Positions 29,728 through 39,352 of a stretch of DNA of 47,924 nucleotides are shown here, piece after piece (within the stretch, counting starts at the first letter, position 1; every line of letters starts with the position of its first letter). Both the position numbers and the translations under genes were made by a program. This stretch comes from Candidatus Micrarchaeota archaeon (lineage in GTDB: Archaea; Micrarchaeota; Micrarchaeia; Anstonellales; Bilamarchaeaceae). Under the pieces are notes generated by a model that was given only the letters and a program-made list of their open reading frames with translations, was not told the origin of the DNA and did not search any database. Location of the stretch: positions 67,592-115,515 of the forward strand of contig JBBSVN010000006.1 of the NCBI GenBank assembly GCA_038046765.1, written 5' to 3'.

Positions 29728-29990
29728 ATGAAGAATGGCAGATAGAATTTTCTAACTCTGCACAGGATTTTATTAGAAAATTAAAGCTAAAGGATAACGT
29801 AGAACGAATCTTAAGAAAAATATCGGAATTAAAGAATGGCCCATTTTCAATTCAATATAAATCAATAGTGGGATTAAAGCATACTTACCGGATTAGAGTT
29901 GGAGATTATAGAATTACATACGAAGCAGATTTTATATCTAAAATAATAAATATCCTAGAAGTAGGAACAAGAGAAAATATTTATGACTAG
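29724..29990 (+). CDS. relE: RelE/ParE family toxin
   Basis: YRIRVGDYRI and VGTRENIY. Confidence 0.93.
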   Translation: MNEEWQIEFSNSAQDFIRKLKLKDNVERILRKISELKNGPFSIQYKSIVGLKHTYRIRVGDYRITYEADFISKIINILEVGTRENIYD

Positions 29991-30010
29991 CAATTAGGGA
30001 GGTAACAAAT

Positions 30011-30559
30011 ATGACATTAGATTTAGGTATTTCGGAAATAGAAAAAACACTCATGAAGAAGGAGGGCGAATTTGACAAAATAATGACTAAAACTCGTGAA
30101 GTTGTACGTAATTGCTCAAACGCAATAAAAGCAGCACACGCTCATGATTGGACTGTAGCTCATACACATTTAAAAGAAGCTGAAAAAGAACTTAAGGAAA
30201 TGAGAAAATTTGAAAACACGCACTCGCAAGTAAATCATGTAATGCAGGAATACGCTGAAGCAGTGATAATAATAAATGCAATAGACAACAAGAAGATTTC
30301 GACTTTTAAGGAAGTTGGCGTACCTATTGAATCGTATTTAACTGGATTGTTAGATGCTGTCGGTGAACTTAAGCGGGAAACGCTAGAGAGTTTAAGGAAA
30401 GGAAAGAAGGACGATGCTGAGATTTACTTTAAGATGATGGAGGATATTTATGATGAATTACTTCCAATAAGGTTTTCTAATTCAGTATTGCCAGAATTTA
30501 GAAGGAAGCAGGATTCGGCAAGATTCCAGGTTGAACAGACAAGAGCGGAATTGTTGTAA
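30011..30559 (+). CDS. Translin family protein
   Basis: QEYAEA, YLTGLLDAVGELKR, RRKQD motifs. Confidence 0.88.
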   Translation: MTLDLGISEIEKTLMKKEGEFDKIMTKTREVVRNCSNAIKAAHAHDWTVAHTHLKEAEKELKEMRKFENTHSQVNHVMQEYAEAVIIINAIDNKKISTFKEVGVPIESYLTGLLDAVGELKRETLESLRKGKKDDAEIYFKMMEDIYDELLPIRFSNSVLPEFRRKQDSARFQVEQTRAELL

Positions 30560-30579
30560 TTTATTTATATTTTGAAAAG

Positions 30580-31449
30580 TTACACGATTATTTTAGCTTC
30601 TTTTAATTCTTTACTAAGTTTACTTTTCCAATCCACAGATAAAGAAATATAGCCCACACCTTGTATGTCAGAGAAGTTATCTATCTCGGCAGATGGTTCG
30701 TATAAAATACATGTTTTATTTCTGCCGATTTTTCCCAATAGATACCCAAATTCAAAAATGGCATTTTGTCTTGGACGATAATGTGGTTCCTTAACGATTT
30801 CTTCACCTTTTTTGTAAAATATTTGATCGTCAGGAGTTAAAAGAATAAATGCATACCCAATCTTTAGGGTATTTGTTTCAACTTTTTCTATTAGAGTGCG
30901 GCCAATATGTGCTTCATTTTCTAAAATGATTGGATTTAAACCTAAATCCCTTAGATAATTAGCTAATTCGTGTCGTTTATTTTTTTCATCAGTGCCATGA
31001 ACAATAAAAATATCTGAACTGTTTCTAGACTCACTTTTAGTAGAAATAATTGTTGGTACATCCAAATCAGATGTTATATCTATTTTTTCAATAATCGACT
31101 GTAAGTGTTTAATTTTACCAGATATAGTTTCCTTTAATCTGTGTAATAGTATGTTGGGATCGGAAATTATTGCCATTACTACAGAATAAATTGAAAGTTC
31201 TTCTTTGGAATCTGGAATTACTGATTTAATTAAAAATTTGTTTATTGATGACCACTTTTCTTCATCTTGAATTAAATCTTCTAAAGATTTAGGAAGATAC
31301 AAACGAACAGGAGTACGATAAGATGAGAAAGGATTATCTTCTGCTTGTCGTTCTTCCTCTTGTATTAGGTCTAGAAGTCTTTTTCCTTCTTCGATTTGTT
31401 TTTGAAAAGCTTCTTTAGCACGATCTGATGGAACGAGTAGATATGTCAT
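30580..31449 (-). CDS. TIR-like domain protein (Cap12/PycTIR-type) with unknown N-terminal domain
   Basis: IFIVHG, PIILE..TLIEK, AFILLTPDD, RQNAIFEFGY, SDIQG. Confidence 0.88.
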   Translation of the reverse strand: MTYLLVPSDRAKEAFQKQIEEGKRLLDLIQEEERQAEDNPFSSYRTPVRLYLPKSLEDLIQDEEKWSSINKFLIKSVIPDSKEELSIYSVVMAIISDPNILLHRLKETISGKIKHLQSIIEKIDITSDLDVPTIISTKSESRNSSDIFIVHGTDEKNKRHELANYLRDLGLNPIILENEAHIGRTLIEKVETNTLKIGYAFILLTPDDQIFYKKGEEIVKEPHYRPRQNAIFEFGYLLGKIGRNKTCILYEPSAEIDNFSDIQGVGYISLSVDWKSKLSKELKEAKIIV

Positions 31450-31556
31450 AATATTATTTAGTCAGTTAGAATTAATAAAATTAAGGAAAAAAATGTGTTC
31501 TTTAAAACACATCCTTAAAAGTCCTGCAAAAGATTTCTTTTTTCTTTTAGTTTTTC

Positions 31557-33233
31557 TTACCTACAAAAACAATTAGAATTACTGCAATAAAGAATCCTTC
31601 CGGCAGGACAGCAATACAATTTATTATCTGGTCCTTTAAACGCATCTTCTGAATTTGTGCAGTAGCTACATGCTTCATTAAGGCAGTACGATTTATATCC
31701 GGATTTAGAAGGACACCCGCATATAGAGCATTGTTTAATCAAATCACCAGAATTACAACTTAGCCCAATATTTTTAGTTGAACATTTACCATACGCAGTA
31801 CCATCAATGCATCTTGGAGCTGGAGTAAGAATTGCCCAAGTATCTGGAGAAAAATCAAAATATTTTGCATCAATTGCAAAATTTAATCCTTCTAGTGGAG
31901 TCCCGCTAGGATCTTTTTTAAGCCCAAATGTATTTATCCCAATTAAATTACCATTTCTTAGAAGAAACATACCTCCGCCGCTATTTCCTGGGTTTACTGC
32001 GGCATCAGTCTGAACATAATTTGCATTTCCTTCTTCCGGAATTCTTAAATAGTTTGAAACGATTCCTTTTGAAACGCTGTATTGTAAGCCATAAGGAGAA
32101 CCTAAAACTAAAAGATCATCTCCGATTGCTGCAGTGTAATTATAGTCAATTACTGCAGGATCACCAACATTAGTTGAAAAAGTAAGTACAGCTAAATCTA
32201 GGGTTGGTGAGAGATAAACTTCACTAGGAATAAGAGATCGTTGATCAAATGTTTTGACAAAAAGATTATATACTCCGTTATAATCAAAATCAGGATCAAC
32301 AACGTGCCTGTTTGTAAGAACAACACTTTTTCCGTTATAAGAAAGAATTACCCCCGAACCGGTTCCGCTGTCGCTTTGAACTAATACGACATTTTTTTGT
32401 GCATTATCGATTACTGAACTGGTCCTTTGTTCGGTAGTAACACAAGCATTTGCAATACAATAAAGACCGGAACCGCATCCGCAAACTGCGCAGTTACTTA
32501 CTAAAGCAGATGAAGCATTGCAGAAATAACTTGGCCTAAATAACGAGCACGAGTTAGTTGGAGTTCCATCGTTACAACCTTTTTGAGAAATTATAATCGA
32601 GTATAATGAAGATGGTGAAGCAGAGTAAACTGAGTTTCCTTCAAATAATACAGATAGAGTATCCTTCCCAGCCGAAGTGTATGTTATTGAAATTTCTGCT
32701 TCGCCAGCGGAATTTGTGATTGCATTGCCCTGAGCATCTTTACCAATGGCAAGAATAGTTTTGCCAGAAATAGGGGCATTTGAAACCGCATCAGTTAGTC
32801 TTGTCAAAATTTTAAACGAATCATTAACCGTAGCATTTGTAGAAGCTTTTACGATTAAATTTGTTGGAATTTTTATAGTTCTTGTTTCGTTTGCAATAGC
32901 CTGTTTATTAAATAGATTTCCTTTGAACAAGGCAACTAATGAAATAGGTTTTCCACACCAAACTGATTTTATAGGAATGTTTGTCGTTGCTTCGCCAGAG
33001 CGAGTTGTACGAACTACATCGACAAGATCAGTATTAACATAAAATGAAATTGGCTGATCATTAAGCGGTTGCCCATCCAGATTTTTTAAGGATACACCAT
33101 AAGATATGGTGCCGACGCATGCTGAATCTGAGACATTAAGAGAATAGTTTAGGATCGGCTGACTGCCAGTTAAACCTGTACAACCAAAAATAAAGATTGT
33201 TAAAACTAATGCAATCAAAATGCTGCGATTCAT
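31557..33233 (-). CDS. Surface lipoprotein: Ig-like beta domains, Cys-rich modules and a trypsin-like (HtrA-type, PDZ-less) serine protease
   Basis: IFGC lipobox-like signal; GSG..LTNRHVV, DLA, QTDAAVNPGNSGG; two C-x-DGT modules. Confidence 0.88.
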   Translation of the reverse strand: MNRSILIALVLTIFIFGCTGLTGSQPILNYSLNVSDSACVGTISYGVSLKNLDGQPLNDQPISFYVNTDLVDVVRTTRSGEATTNIPIKSVWCGKPISLVALFKGNLFNKQAIANETRTIKIPTNLIVKASTNATVNDSFKILTRLTDAVSNAPISGKTILAIGKDAQGNAITNSAGEAEISITYTSAGKDTLSVLFEGNSVYSASPSSLYSIIISQKGCNDGTPTNSCSLFRPSYFCNASSALVSNCAVCGCGSGLYCIANACVTTEQRTSSVIDNAQKNVVLVQSDSGTGSGVILSYNGKSVVLTNRHVVDPDFDYNGVYNLFVKTFDQRSLIPSEVYLSPTLDLAVLTFSTNVGDPAVIDYNYTAAIGDDLLVLGSPYGLQYSVSKGIVSNYLRIPEEGNANYVQTDAAVNPGNSGGGMFLLRNGNLIGINTFGLKKDPSGTPLEGLNFAIDAKYFDFSPDTWAILTPAPRCIDGTAYGKCSTKNIGLSCNSGDLIKQCSICGCPSKSGYKSYCLNEACSYCTNSEDAFKGPDNKLYCCPAGRILYCSNSNCFCR

Positions 33234-33356
33234 AAATAGTAATTTTATTTTAAGGTTTTTATTAGTATTGGAAAAATGGAAGGAAAAATAATACTTTAAA
33301 ATACGAATCATTTTAAGCCACTAGTAATAACCTTCTTAATACCTTCCGAACATATT

Positions 33357-34187
33357 ATGTGTATGTGTAGAATTAGCAGAATATCACTTGAAAGAATAAA
33401 AAGAGAAGTAGATGCAAGATTAAGGTTGGGAGATGAACTAATAGGCAAAAGATATTTATTATTAGATCATATTGGTCAAGGTGCAACCGCCAATGTTCAC
33501 ACAGCATACGATGTTAAAAAAGATGAAGTTATTGCGCTAAAAATGGTTGATGAAACAAGAGATAAATTATTGGTTTCAAGACAATTTTATAGAGAAATCG
33601 CGGCATTGGAACATCTGCCCAAGTATCATGGAATAGTAAATTTAGAAACTAGAGAGATAAGCGAAGGATTACCTGTTTTAGTTTTAGAATATATAGAACC
33701 TCAAAAAATGACAAAAATACCAATAAGGAACATGACTCATTTTCTTAAACAAATTCTTGAAAGTTTAGAACACTCACACCAAAATGGAGTAATTCATCGC
33801 GACATAAAACCAGCAAATATTATTTTAACACAAAGAGATGACCAGATTGATGCAGTATTAATTGATTTTGGATTTGCTTGGTTTATCGGTGACGAATATC
33901 GGATTGGCCAAGTTGCGGGAACCCCCAATTACAGAGCACCGGAATCAATTGGGCCTAAATTTCAAATGTCTGAAAGTGTAGATATTTATGCTTTAGGCTG
34001 GACTGTCAGGGAATGGGTTTACAGGAAAAAATATTTTGATGAATATGAATTTGAAGCTGACAAGAAACTAACGCAGATAGTAGACAAGGCAATCAAATAT
34101 AAGTATGAAGAGAGATATAAAACCGCGAGAGAAATGTTAAGCGATTTGGAAGATTACACTAGAGAGACCAGCATAAAAAAAGAATAA
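33357..34187 (+). CDS. Hanks-type Ser/Thr protein kinase
   Basis: GQGATANV, ALK, HRDIKPAN, DFG, GTPNYRAPE, DIYALG. Confidence 0.93.
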   Translation: MCMCRISRISLERIKREVDARLRLGDELIGKRYLLLDHIGQGATANVHTAYDVKKDEVIALKMVDETRDKLLVSRQFYREIAALEHLPKYHGIVNLETREISEGLPVLVLEYIEPQKMTKIPIRNMTHFLKQILESLEHSHQNGVIHRDIKPANIILTQRDDQIDAVLIDFGFAWFIGDEYRIGQVAGTPNYRAPESIGPKFQMSESVDIYALGWTVREWVYRKKYFDEYEFEADKKLTQIVDKAIKYKYEERYKTAREMLSDLEDYTRETSIKKE

Positions 34188-34254
34188 ACACCTTCAGTTT
34201 GAAATTTTTTCGGTTAAATTTCAAATCAGTCGATTTTTTAAAGTAAAAAGAAAA

Positions 34255-34404
34255 TGGCGCCTTGGCCGGGATTGTCTGCTTTGCTGACAAATTTTGAAAA
34301 ACACGTCAGTTTTTCAAAGCTTTCGAACCCGGGTCTTTGGTGTGACAGACCAAAATGCTGGACCATTGTGCTTGTTTAAATAAAACAAACTACACTACCA
34401 AGGC
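34255..34404 (-). tRNA. tRNA-Asp(GTC), CCA encoded, with introns at 15/16 (34366-34389, 24 nt) and 59/60 (34272-34321, 50 nt)
   Basis: Removing both inserts gives a 76-nt cloverleaf: GCCTTGG/CCAAGGC, TTGGT-CT-GTC-AC-ACCAA, CCGGG-TTCGAAT-CCCGG, G73-CCA. Both junctions have BHB spacing. Confidence 0.92.
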
Positions 34405-34641
34405 AACTATTATATACTAATTGCATACGTCTTTACCTACATTATACTCGCATGTTTTCTAATTCTAAACCGCAGCAGAAAATGTATAATAATTGCGTCA
34501 CAATACAAAACACGTAAGCTACATGTCACTAGCTAATTGCTATTTACTAATAGATAACTACAGCAAATGTTTTTAATCACTTTCCTTTCAATACAGATAA
34601 CTGGTTCTAGTTAATAAATTAATTTAATTTTGGTTTTACCT

Positions 34642-36198
34642 ATGAGCATCACTGTAAAGCGCGCACTTTTAAGTGTTTATGATAAAACCGGCCTTTTAAA
34701 TTTTGCTAATTTTCTTTCAAAAAACAATGTTGAGATCGTTTCTAGTGGCGGAACTTCAAAATTATTACGAGAAAATGGAATAAAAATAACCGAAATATCT
34801 GATTTTACAAATTACCCTGAACTTATGGAAGGCAGAGTTAAAACTTTACACCCAAAAGTCCATGGTGCGATTCTAGCAGATAGACAAAATCCAAAGCATA
34901 TGGAAGAAGCAGCAAAAATGGATTTAAAATTAATTGATATGGTTGTAGTAAATCTCTATCCATTTGAAGAAGCAGTAATAAACGGTGCAGACTTAAAAGA
35001 AGCGATTGAAAAAATCGACATTGGAGGCCCAGCATTAATAAGGGCAGCAGCGAAAAATTATTCAAGTGTTGCAATCGTAACAAACCCCACGCAGTATGAA
35101 CTAGTAAAAGAGGAGATGAATAAAAATAACAATTCTGTTTCTGATAAAACACTTGAAAATTTAGTAGTACATGCATGGACAAATGTATCTCACTATGATG
35201 TAGTAATAGAAAGATATTTTAGGAAAAAACTAGGATACAATGAAGAGTTCCCAGAGTTTTTAAATTTGACATTCCATAAAAAGCAGGATTTAAGATATGG
35301 GGAAAATCCGCATCAAAGATCAGCAGTTTACAAAGATGACCATTATAAAAACCCATCAACCTTAGATGCAGTACAACATCAGGGAAAACAATTATCTTAC
35401 AACAACGTACTTGATTGTAATTCCGCATTTAAATTAATACGAGAATTCGAGCAGCCAACTGCCGTAATTGTAAAACACAATAATCCTTGCGGAGTCGCAT
35501 CAACAACAGATATCCTAACAGCATATAAAAAAGCTAAGGCAGTTGACCCAGAAGCAGCATTTGGAGGGGTCGTTGCAATAAATCGGGAAGTTGACCTAGC
35601 ACTTGCAAAAGAAATTACATCGAGATTTGTTGAAATAATTATGGCACCCTCTTTTACAAAAGAAGCACTGACAATTTTGAAAGCAAAACCAAATATACGA
35701 GTAATGGGAATAGAAAGCATTTTAGTAAAAAGATTACCGTATAGAAAATACCGCTCAATTTTAGGAGGTTTATTAGTTCAAGAAGCAAACGTAAAAATTC
35801 TTGAAGAACTTAAAGTTGTGACAGCGCGAAAACCAACAGAAGAAGAAATGAGCGCACTAATTTATGCTTGGAAAATAGTAAAATATGTAAAATCAAACGC
35901 AATCGTATACGCTCGGGAAAACCAGGCAGTTGGAATTGGAGCGGGTCAGATGAAAAGAATTGATGCCGCAAAACTAGCTGCGATGATCGCAACAGATAAT
36001 GGCGAAACGCTAAAAAATTGTGTAATGGCAAGTGATGCGTTCTTCCCTTTTAGAGATGGAATTGATTATGCAGCAAGCATTGGGATAACTGCGATAATCC
36101 AGCCAGGAGGAAGCATAAAGGACGAAGAAGTAATAAAGGCAGCTAACGAACATGGAATTGTGATGGTCTTTACAGGAGTTAGGCATTTTAGACATTAA
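34642..36198 (+). CDS. purH: Bifunctional AICAR transformylase / IMP cyclohydrolase
   Basis: ALLSVYDK, GRVKTLHP, IDIGGP, LRYGENPHQ, KHNNPCG, ASDAFFPF, RHFRH. Confidence 0.98.
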   Translation: MSITVKRALLSVYDKTGLLNFANFLSKNNVEIVSSGGTSKLLRENGIKITEISDFTNYPELMEGRVKTLHPKVHGAILADRQNPKHMEEAAKMDLKLIDMVVVNLYPFEEAVINGADLKEAIEKIDIGGPALIRAAAKNYSSVAIVTNPTQYELVKEEMNKNNNSVSDKTLENLVVHAWTNVSHYDVVIERYFRKKLGYNEEFPEFLNLTFHKKQDLRYGENPHQRSAVYKDDHYKNPSTLDAVQHQGKQLSYNNVLDCNSAFKLIREFEQPTAVIVKHNNPCGVASTTDILTAYKKAKAVDPEAAFGGVVAINREVDLALAKEITSRFVEIIMAPSFTKEALTILKAKPNIRVMGIESILVKRLPYRKYRSILGGLLVQEANVKILEELKVVTARKPTEEEMSALIYAWKIVKYVKSNAIVYARENQAVGIGAGQMKRIDAAKLAAMIATDNGETLKNCVMASDAFFPFRDGIDYAASIGITAIIQPGGSIKDEEVIKAANEHGIVMVFTGVRHFRH

Positions 36199-36257
36199 TT
36201 GCATAAGTTCACAGTAAAAGACACTATTTTTAAATTATTTGTAACAGTATACATAGT

Positions 36258-36911
36258 ATGGTTACTTTCAGAAAAAAATTAGTCAAAGTTGTTCTTGCAA
36301 TTGCACTAGTGTCCACTACTACGCTAAAACTACCGATTGTAGAAGCAAAGTGGAAATTGCCTGAAGGTGGAGCGAATAGAGAAAAAAGATCATCTACTTA
36401 TACGGGAAATTCTAAAGTAAAGAATGGTTTTGAATTTGAGTATAATCATATGGTTACGCTAACTCGAGAAATGTATCTGCAACAAGTAGAAGAGGAATTT
36501 AAAAAAATAAAAGGAAATCCCAAAATTTTAGCCCTGGTAAGAAAATTATATGATAACAGAATAAAAAGAGAAGCAGAAGCGATTGATGGGGAGACCGTAG
36601 AACACCTAGATATGATATATTCAGTAGCCAGTATAACTGCGTCAATGAAAGTATCTGCGGAAGAGTTAAAAGGAAGAACAACACCCAAACAACGCAAATT
36701 TTTACAAGAGAATTTTGGGAAAGGTATTTTTGGGCTGATAGAAGATGAAGATATGATTTTGTTGGTGACTAGATTTAGTACTAGAATATTACAAAGAATA
36801 AAAGATGAATTTCCTAATACACAATTAAATTATGAAGAAATAGTTGAATTCGCAAGAGACTTGGAAAATCCATTGAGAAAAAAAGAAAAGAAAGAAACGT
36901 ACAAGATATAA
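36258..36911 (+). CDS. Hypothetical protein with signal-peptide-like N-terminus
   Basis: RKK followed by a hydrophobic stretch; no recognised domain. Confidence 0.65.
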   Translation: MVTFRKKLVKVVLAIALVSTTTLKLPIVEAKWKLPEGGANREKRSSTYTGNSKVKNGFEFEYNHMVTLTREMYLQQVEEEFKKIKGNPKILALVRKLYDNRIKREAEAIDGETVEHLDMIYSVASITASMKVSAEELKGRTTPKQRKFLQENFGKGIFGLIEDEDMILLVTRFSTRILQRIKDEFPNTQLNYEEIVEFARDLENPLRKKEKKETYKI

Positions 36912-36982
36912 TAAATGACAAATTAATTTATGAGCAATCTTTATAAATTATCTTTGGCAAATAAAAACCAAAGGTAATTATT

Positions 36983-37759
36983 ATGAGTTTTAAAACAATT
37001 TTTGCAGCCCTGACAATATTTGGATTGATATTTGCGACAGCTCCAGCCTGGATACAACCAGGTGTAAACTTAAATTACACAGGTTCAGATGGCAATACTT
37101 ATAGTTATACAGTTTTAAATAAAAGTGGATTAGACAACATAATTGAAATAAGAATAAACGGAAATCCAGCCAGTTCAGCTCCTGAAACAGAAAACGGAAG
37201 CGCCAGTTCAGGAAGATTTTGGTACGATTCTTCACTATTAAGCGGAGCATTTGTAGGTGGAACAGTAGGAGATGATTTTGTTTCTAGTACAGGGCAATTA
37301 AGCGCGGGTGGAGTTAACTGGAATACCACAACATTAGATGGTGCAAAAAGCGGCGCAACAATAACAAAAGTCGTAGATAAAAATAATGGGATTCTAATTA
37401 AACAAACTATAACAGCAGGAGGATTACAACAGGTAATAACGTTAAAAAACTTTAATATACCGATTTTGTTCCCACCAGCAAAAGTAGTAGCACCTACACC
37501 AACTACACCAAGTTCTCCAAGTACACCCCCAACACAAACAACACCAGCACAGCCAAGCAACACCGGCAGTTCAAATACTCAATCTGATCAGACAAACATA
37601 GGTACAGTCAGTTCAAACACAAGCACAGATACAACTAATGAACCAATAGGAAGCTTAACTACAGATGATTTAAAGCCACCCGCATCGAATGTACCATGTT
37701 GTCCGGTGTTGTTTGGATTATTGTTTATTGGATTTTTGAGCTTTGCTAAGAAGAATTAG
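36983..37759 (+). CDS. Secreted surface protein with Pro/Thr/Ser linker and C-terminal Cys-Cys-Pro + TM + KK anchor
   Basis: Signal peptide; low-complexity linker; ends VPCCPVLFGLLFIGFLSFAKKN. Confidence 0.8.
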   Translation: MSFKTIFAALTIFGLIFATAPAWIQPGVNLNYTGSDGNTYSYTVLNKSGLDNIIEIRINGNPASSAPETENGSASSGRFWYDSSLLSGAFVGGTVGDDFVSSTGQLSAGGVNWNTTTLDGAKSGATITKVVDKNNGILIKQTITAGGLQQVITLKNFNIPILFPPAKVVAPTPTTPSSPSTPPTQTTPAQPSNTGSSNTQSDQTNIGTVSSNTSTDTTNEPIGSLTTDDLKPPASNVPCCPVLFGLLFIGFLSFAKKN

Positions 37760-37859
37760 TTTTTTTACTTTTTATTATTTTTATTTTCTTATTTTATTTT
37801 TCTTAACTTTATTTTAATAATTTTCTCGTTTTATTAGACAAAAAAATTAAAGATAGAAA

Positions 37860-38606
37860 CTAAGATGACTCACAGACAATTAAATGCCATACTCCTACTC
37901 CAGATTTAGTTTGGGGTTCAATAATAACAACTTTAAATGGACTTTGAGGCATTGACTTTAACATTGTTTCAAAATATTCTCTGTAGTTTGGACGACCAGT
38001 TGGATCTGCACCGCTTATGGTTCTAACCCATGCATCATGTCCATCTGTTTGCATGATAGACAAACCTGAACCAGATCGCATTATATCCATTAAACCAGAG
38101 CTTAGATGATCAAAAACTTTTTCTACATATTGTTCAGTTGGGCTTAACTCTTTCTTAGGCGCAACATGTGCTGCACTATCTGCTTTTGAATAGATTGCAC
38201 GAACTGGAGCCGGTAGTTCAAATACATCAACTCGAACGAAACTATTAAATTCGATTGAAACACGATCAAGTACCTTAACGGGTATTTCAAATCCATTAAC
38301 TACTATTTTAATTCTAGGCGGTAATTTAAGACCCATCGGTTCTATCGACTCCAAGACTAATTCAACTGCAACCCCGACATCATCCACTGATCCTGCCTTA
38401 TGTGGAGAATCATGCATACCATTTTTATCAAAAACAGCTTTTGCAATTTTAACGTTGTCTACTGTGTATGGTACTTCGACAAGTGGTCCTTTCGTCCGAA
38501 CATCTCTAAAATCTGCTGCAAGTAAAGCTAATTTAACTAATTTAGCACACCTTCGTTCATGTTCAGTTCCTTTTAATGTTCTTGGTTTTCGAGTAGTAGG
38601 TTCCAT
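37860..38606 (-). CDS. Hypothetical protein
   Basis: 248-aa ATG ORF with a TTTATAAA box about 25-30 nt upstream. Confidence 0.7.
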   Translation of the reverse strand: MEPTTRKPRTLKGTEHERRCAKLVKLALLAADFRDVRTKGPLVEVPYTVDNVKIAKAVFDKNGMHDSPHKAGSVDDVGVAVELVLESIEPMGLKLPPRIKIVVNGFEIPVKVLDRVSIEFNSFVRVDVFELPAPVRAIYSKADSAAHVAPKKELSPTEQYVEKVFDHLSSGLMDIMRSGSGLSIMQTDGHDAWVRTISGADPTGRPNYREYFETMLKSMPQSPFKVVIIEPQTKSGVGVWHLIVCESS

Positions 38607-38711
38607 AAAGTAGTTTGTGCATCGAACGATTTATAAATGTGTATTTTAATGTAGAATTAGGTAAAATTAACAATTGATTTGTCTTTGTGCTTTTTCTTTA
38701 CATTTATTATT

Positions 38712-39233
38712 TTAGTTCCATTGACATTTATCATTTAAACAACCGCAGGAAACACCAGCTACTTTAGAATCGTAGCATTCACGGTATTCGCATGTGGTTA
38801 TAGCATCTTCGCTTTTAGACTGGCAAATCTGACCTGAGCAACCTCCCTTGACACAATCAGCATTGTTGATGCAACTTCCGTTTGTTGATCTACCGCAAAA
38901 TATAATTTCTTCTTTAATAGGAACGGCAGTGCATTTATTACTTAGGCAAACTCCTTTTGAGAGCATAGTTGGACACATACAACGTGGACCATTACAAGAA
39001 TTATTTTCTAAATTGTATTTGTTAACATATTGACCCAAGCCGCAATCGCAACAGCTAGTCTGGCGAACGCAATCGCTATCGCTTTCGCAGTAATCTTTTA
39101 CAATATATTTAAGTGGAATTGAAACATTACTGTAATTTTTAGTGTCATTTTTAGTTATATTTGTAGGATTAGATAATTCTAGACAGCCTGCAATTGCAAT
39201 TATTAAAAGCACCAAGATAGCAAGAAATTTCAT
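38712..39233 (-). CDS. Lipoprotein with eight-cysteine-cluster domain
   Basis: IAGC lipobox; FCGRSTNGSC...DC..GGCSGQIC...TTCEYRECY...CGC...CQW, plus a second Cys module. Confidence 0.85.
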   Translation of the reverse strand: MKFLAILVLLIIAIAGCLELSNPTNITKNDTKNYSNVSIPLKYIVKDYCESDSDCVRQTSCCDCGLGQYVNKYNLENNSCNGPRCMCPTMLSKGVCLSNKCTAVPIKEEIIFCGRSTNGSCINNADCVKGGCSGQICQSKSEDAITTCEYRECYDSKVAGVSCGCLNDKCQWN

Positions 39234-39352
39234 CAGAAGTTTAAGGATAAGAAGAATTAAATATGTTGGTAAAGGGGAAAAATAAGATAAATAAAAAAAA
39301 TTAAAAATCCAGAGAACTGTGGTTCTCTAGCTTTTTTTCATAAATAAAAAAA

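Noticed and set aside
33234..33311. N-terminal extension of the protease ORF
   Set aside because: The signal peptide starts at ATG 33233; the upstream part is AT-rich promoter-like sequence.
39311..39338. AGAGAAC/GTTCTCT hairpin plus T-run as a terminator
   Set aside because: The T-run directly after the stem is on the + strand while both flanking genes are on the - strand, so the function cannot be assigned.
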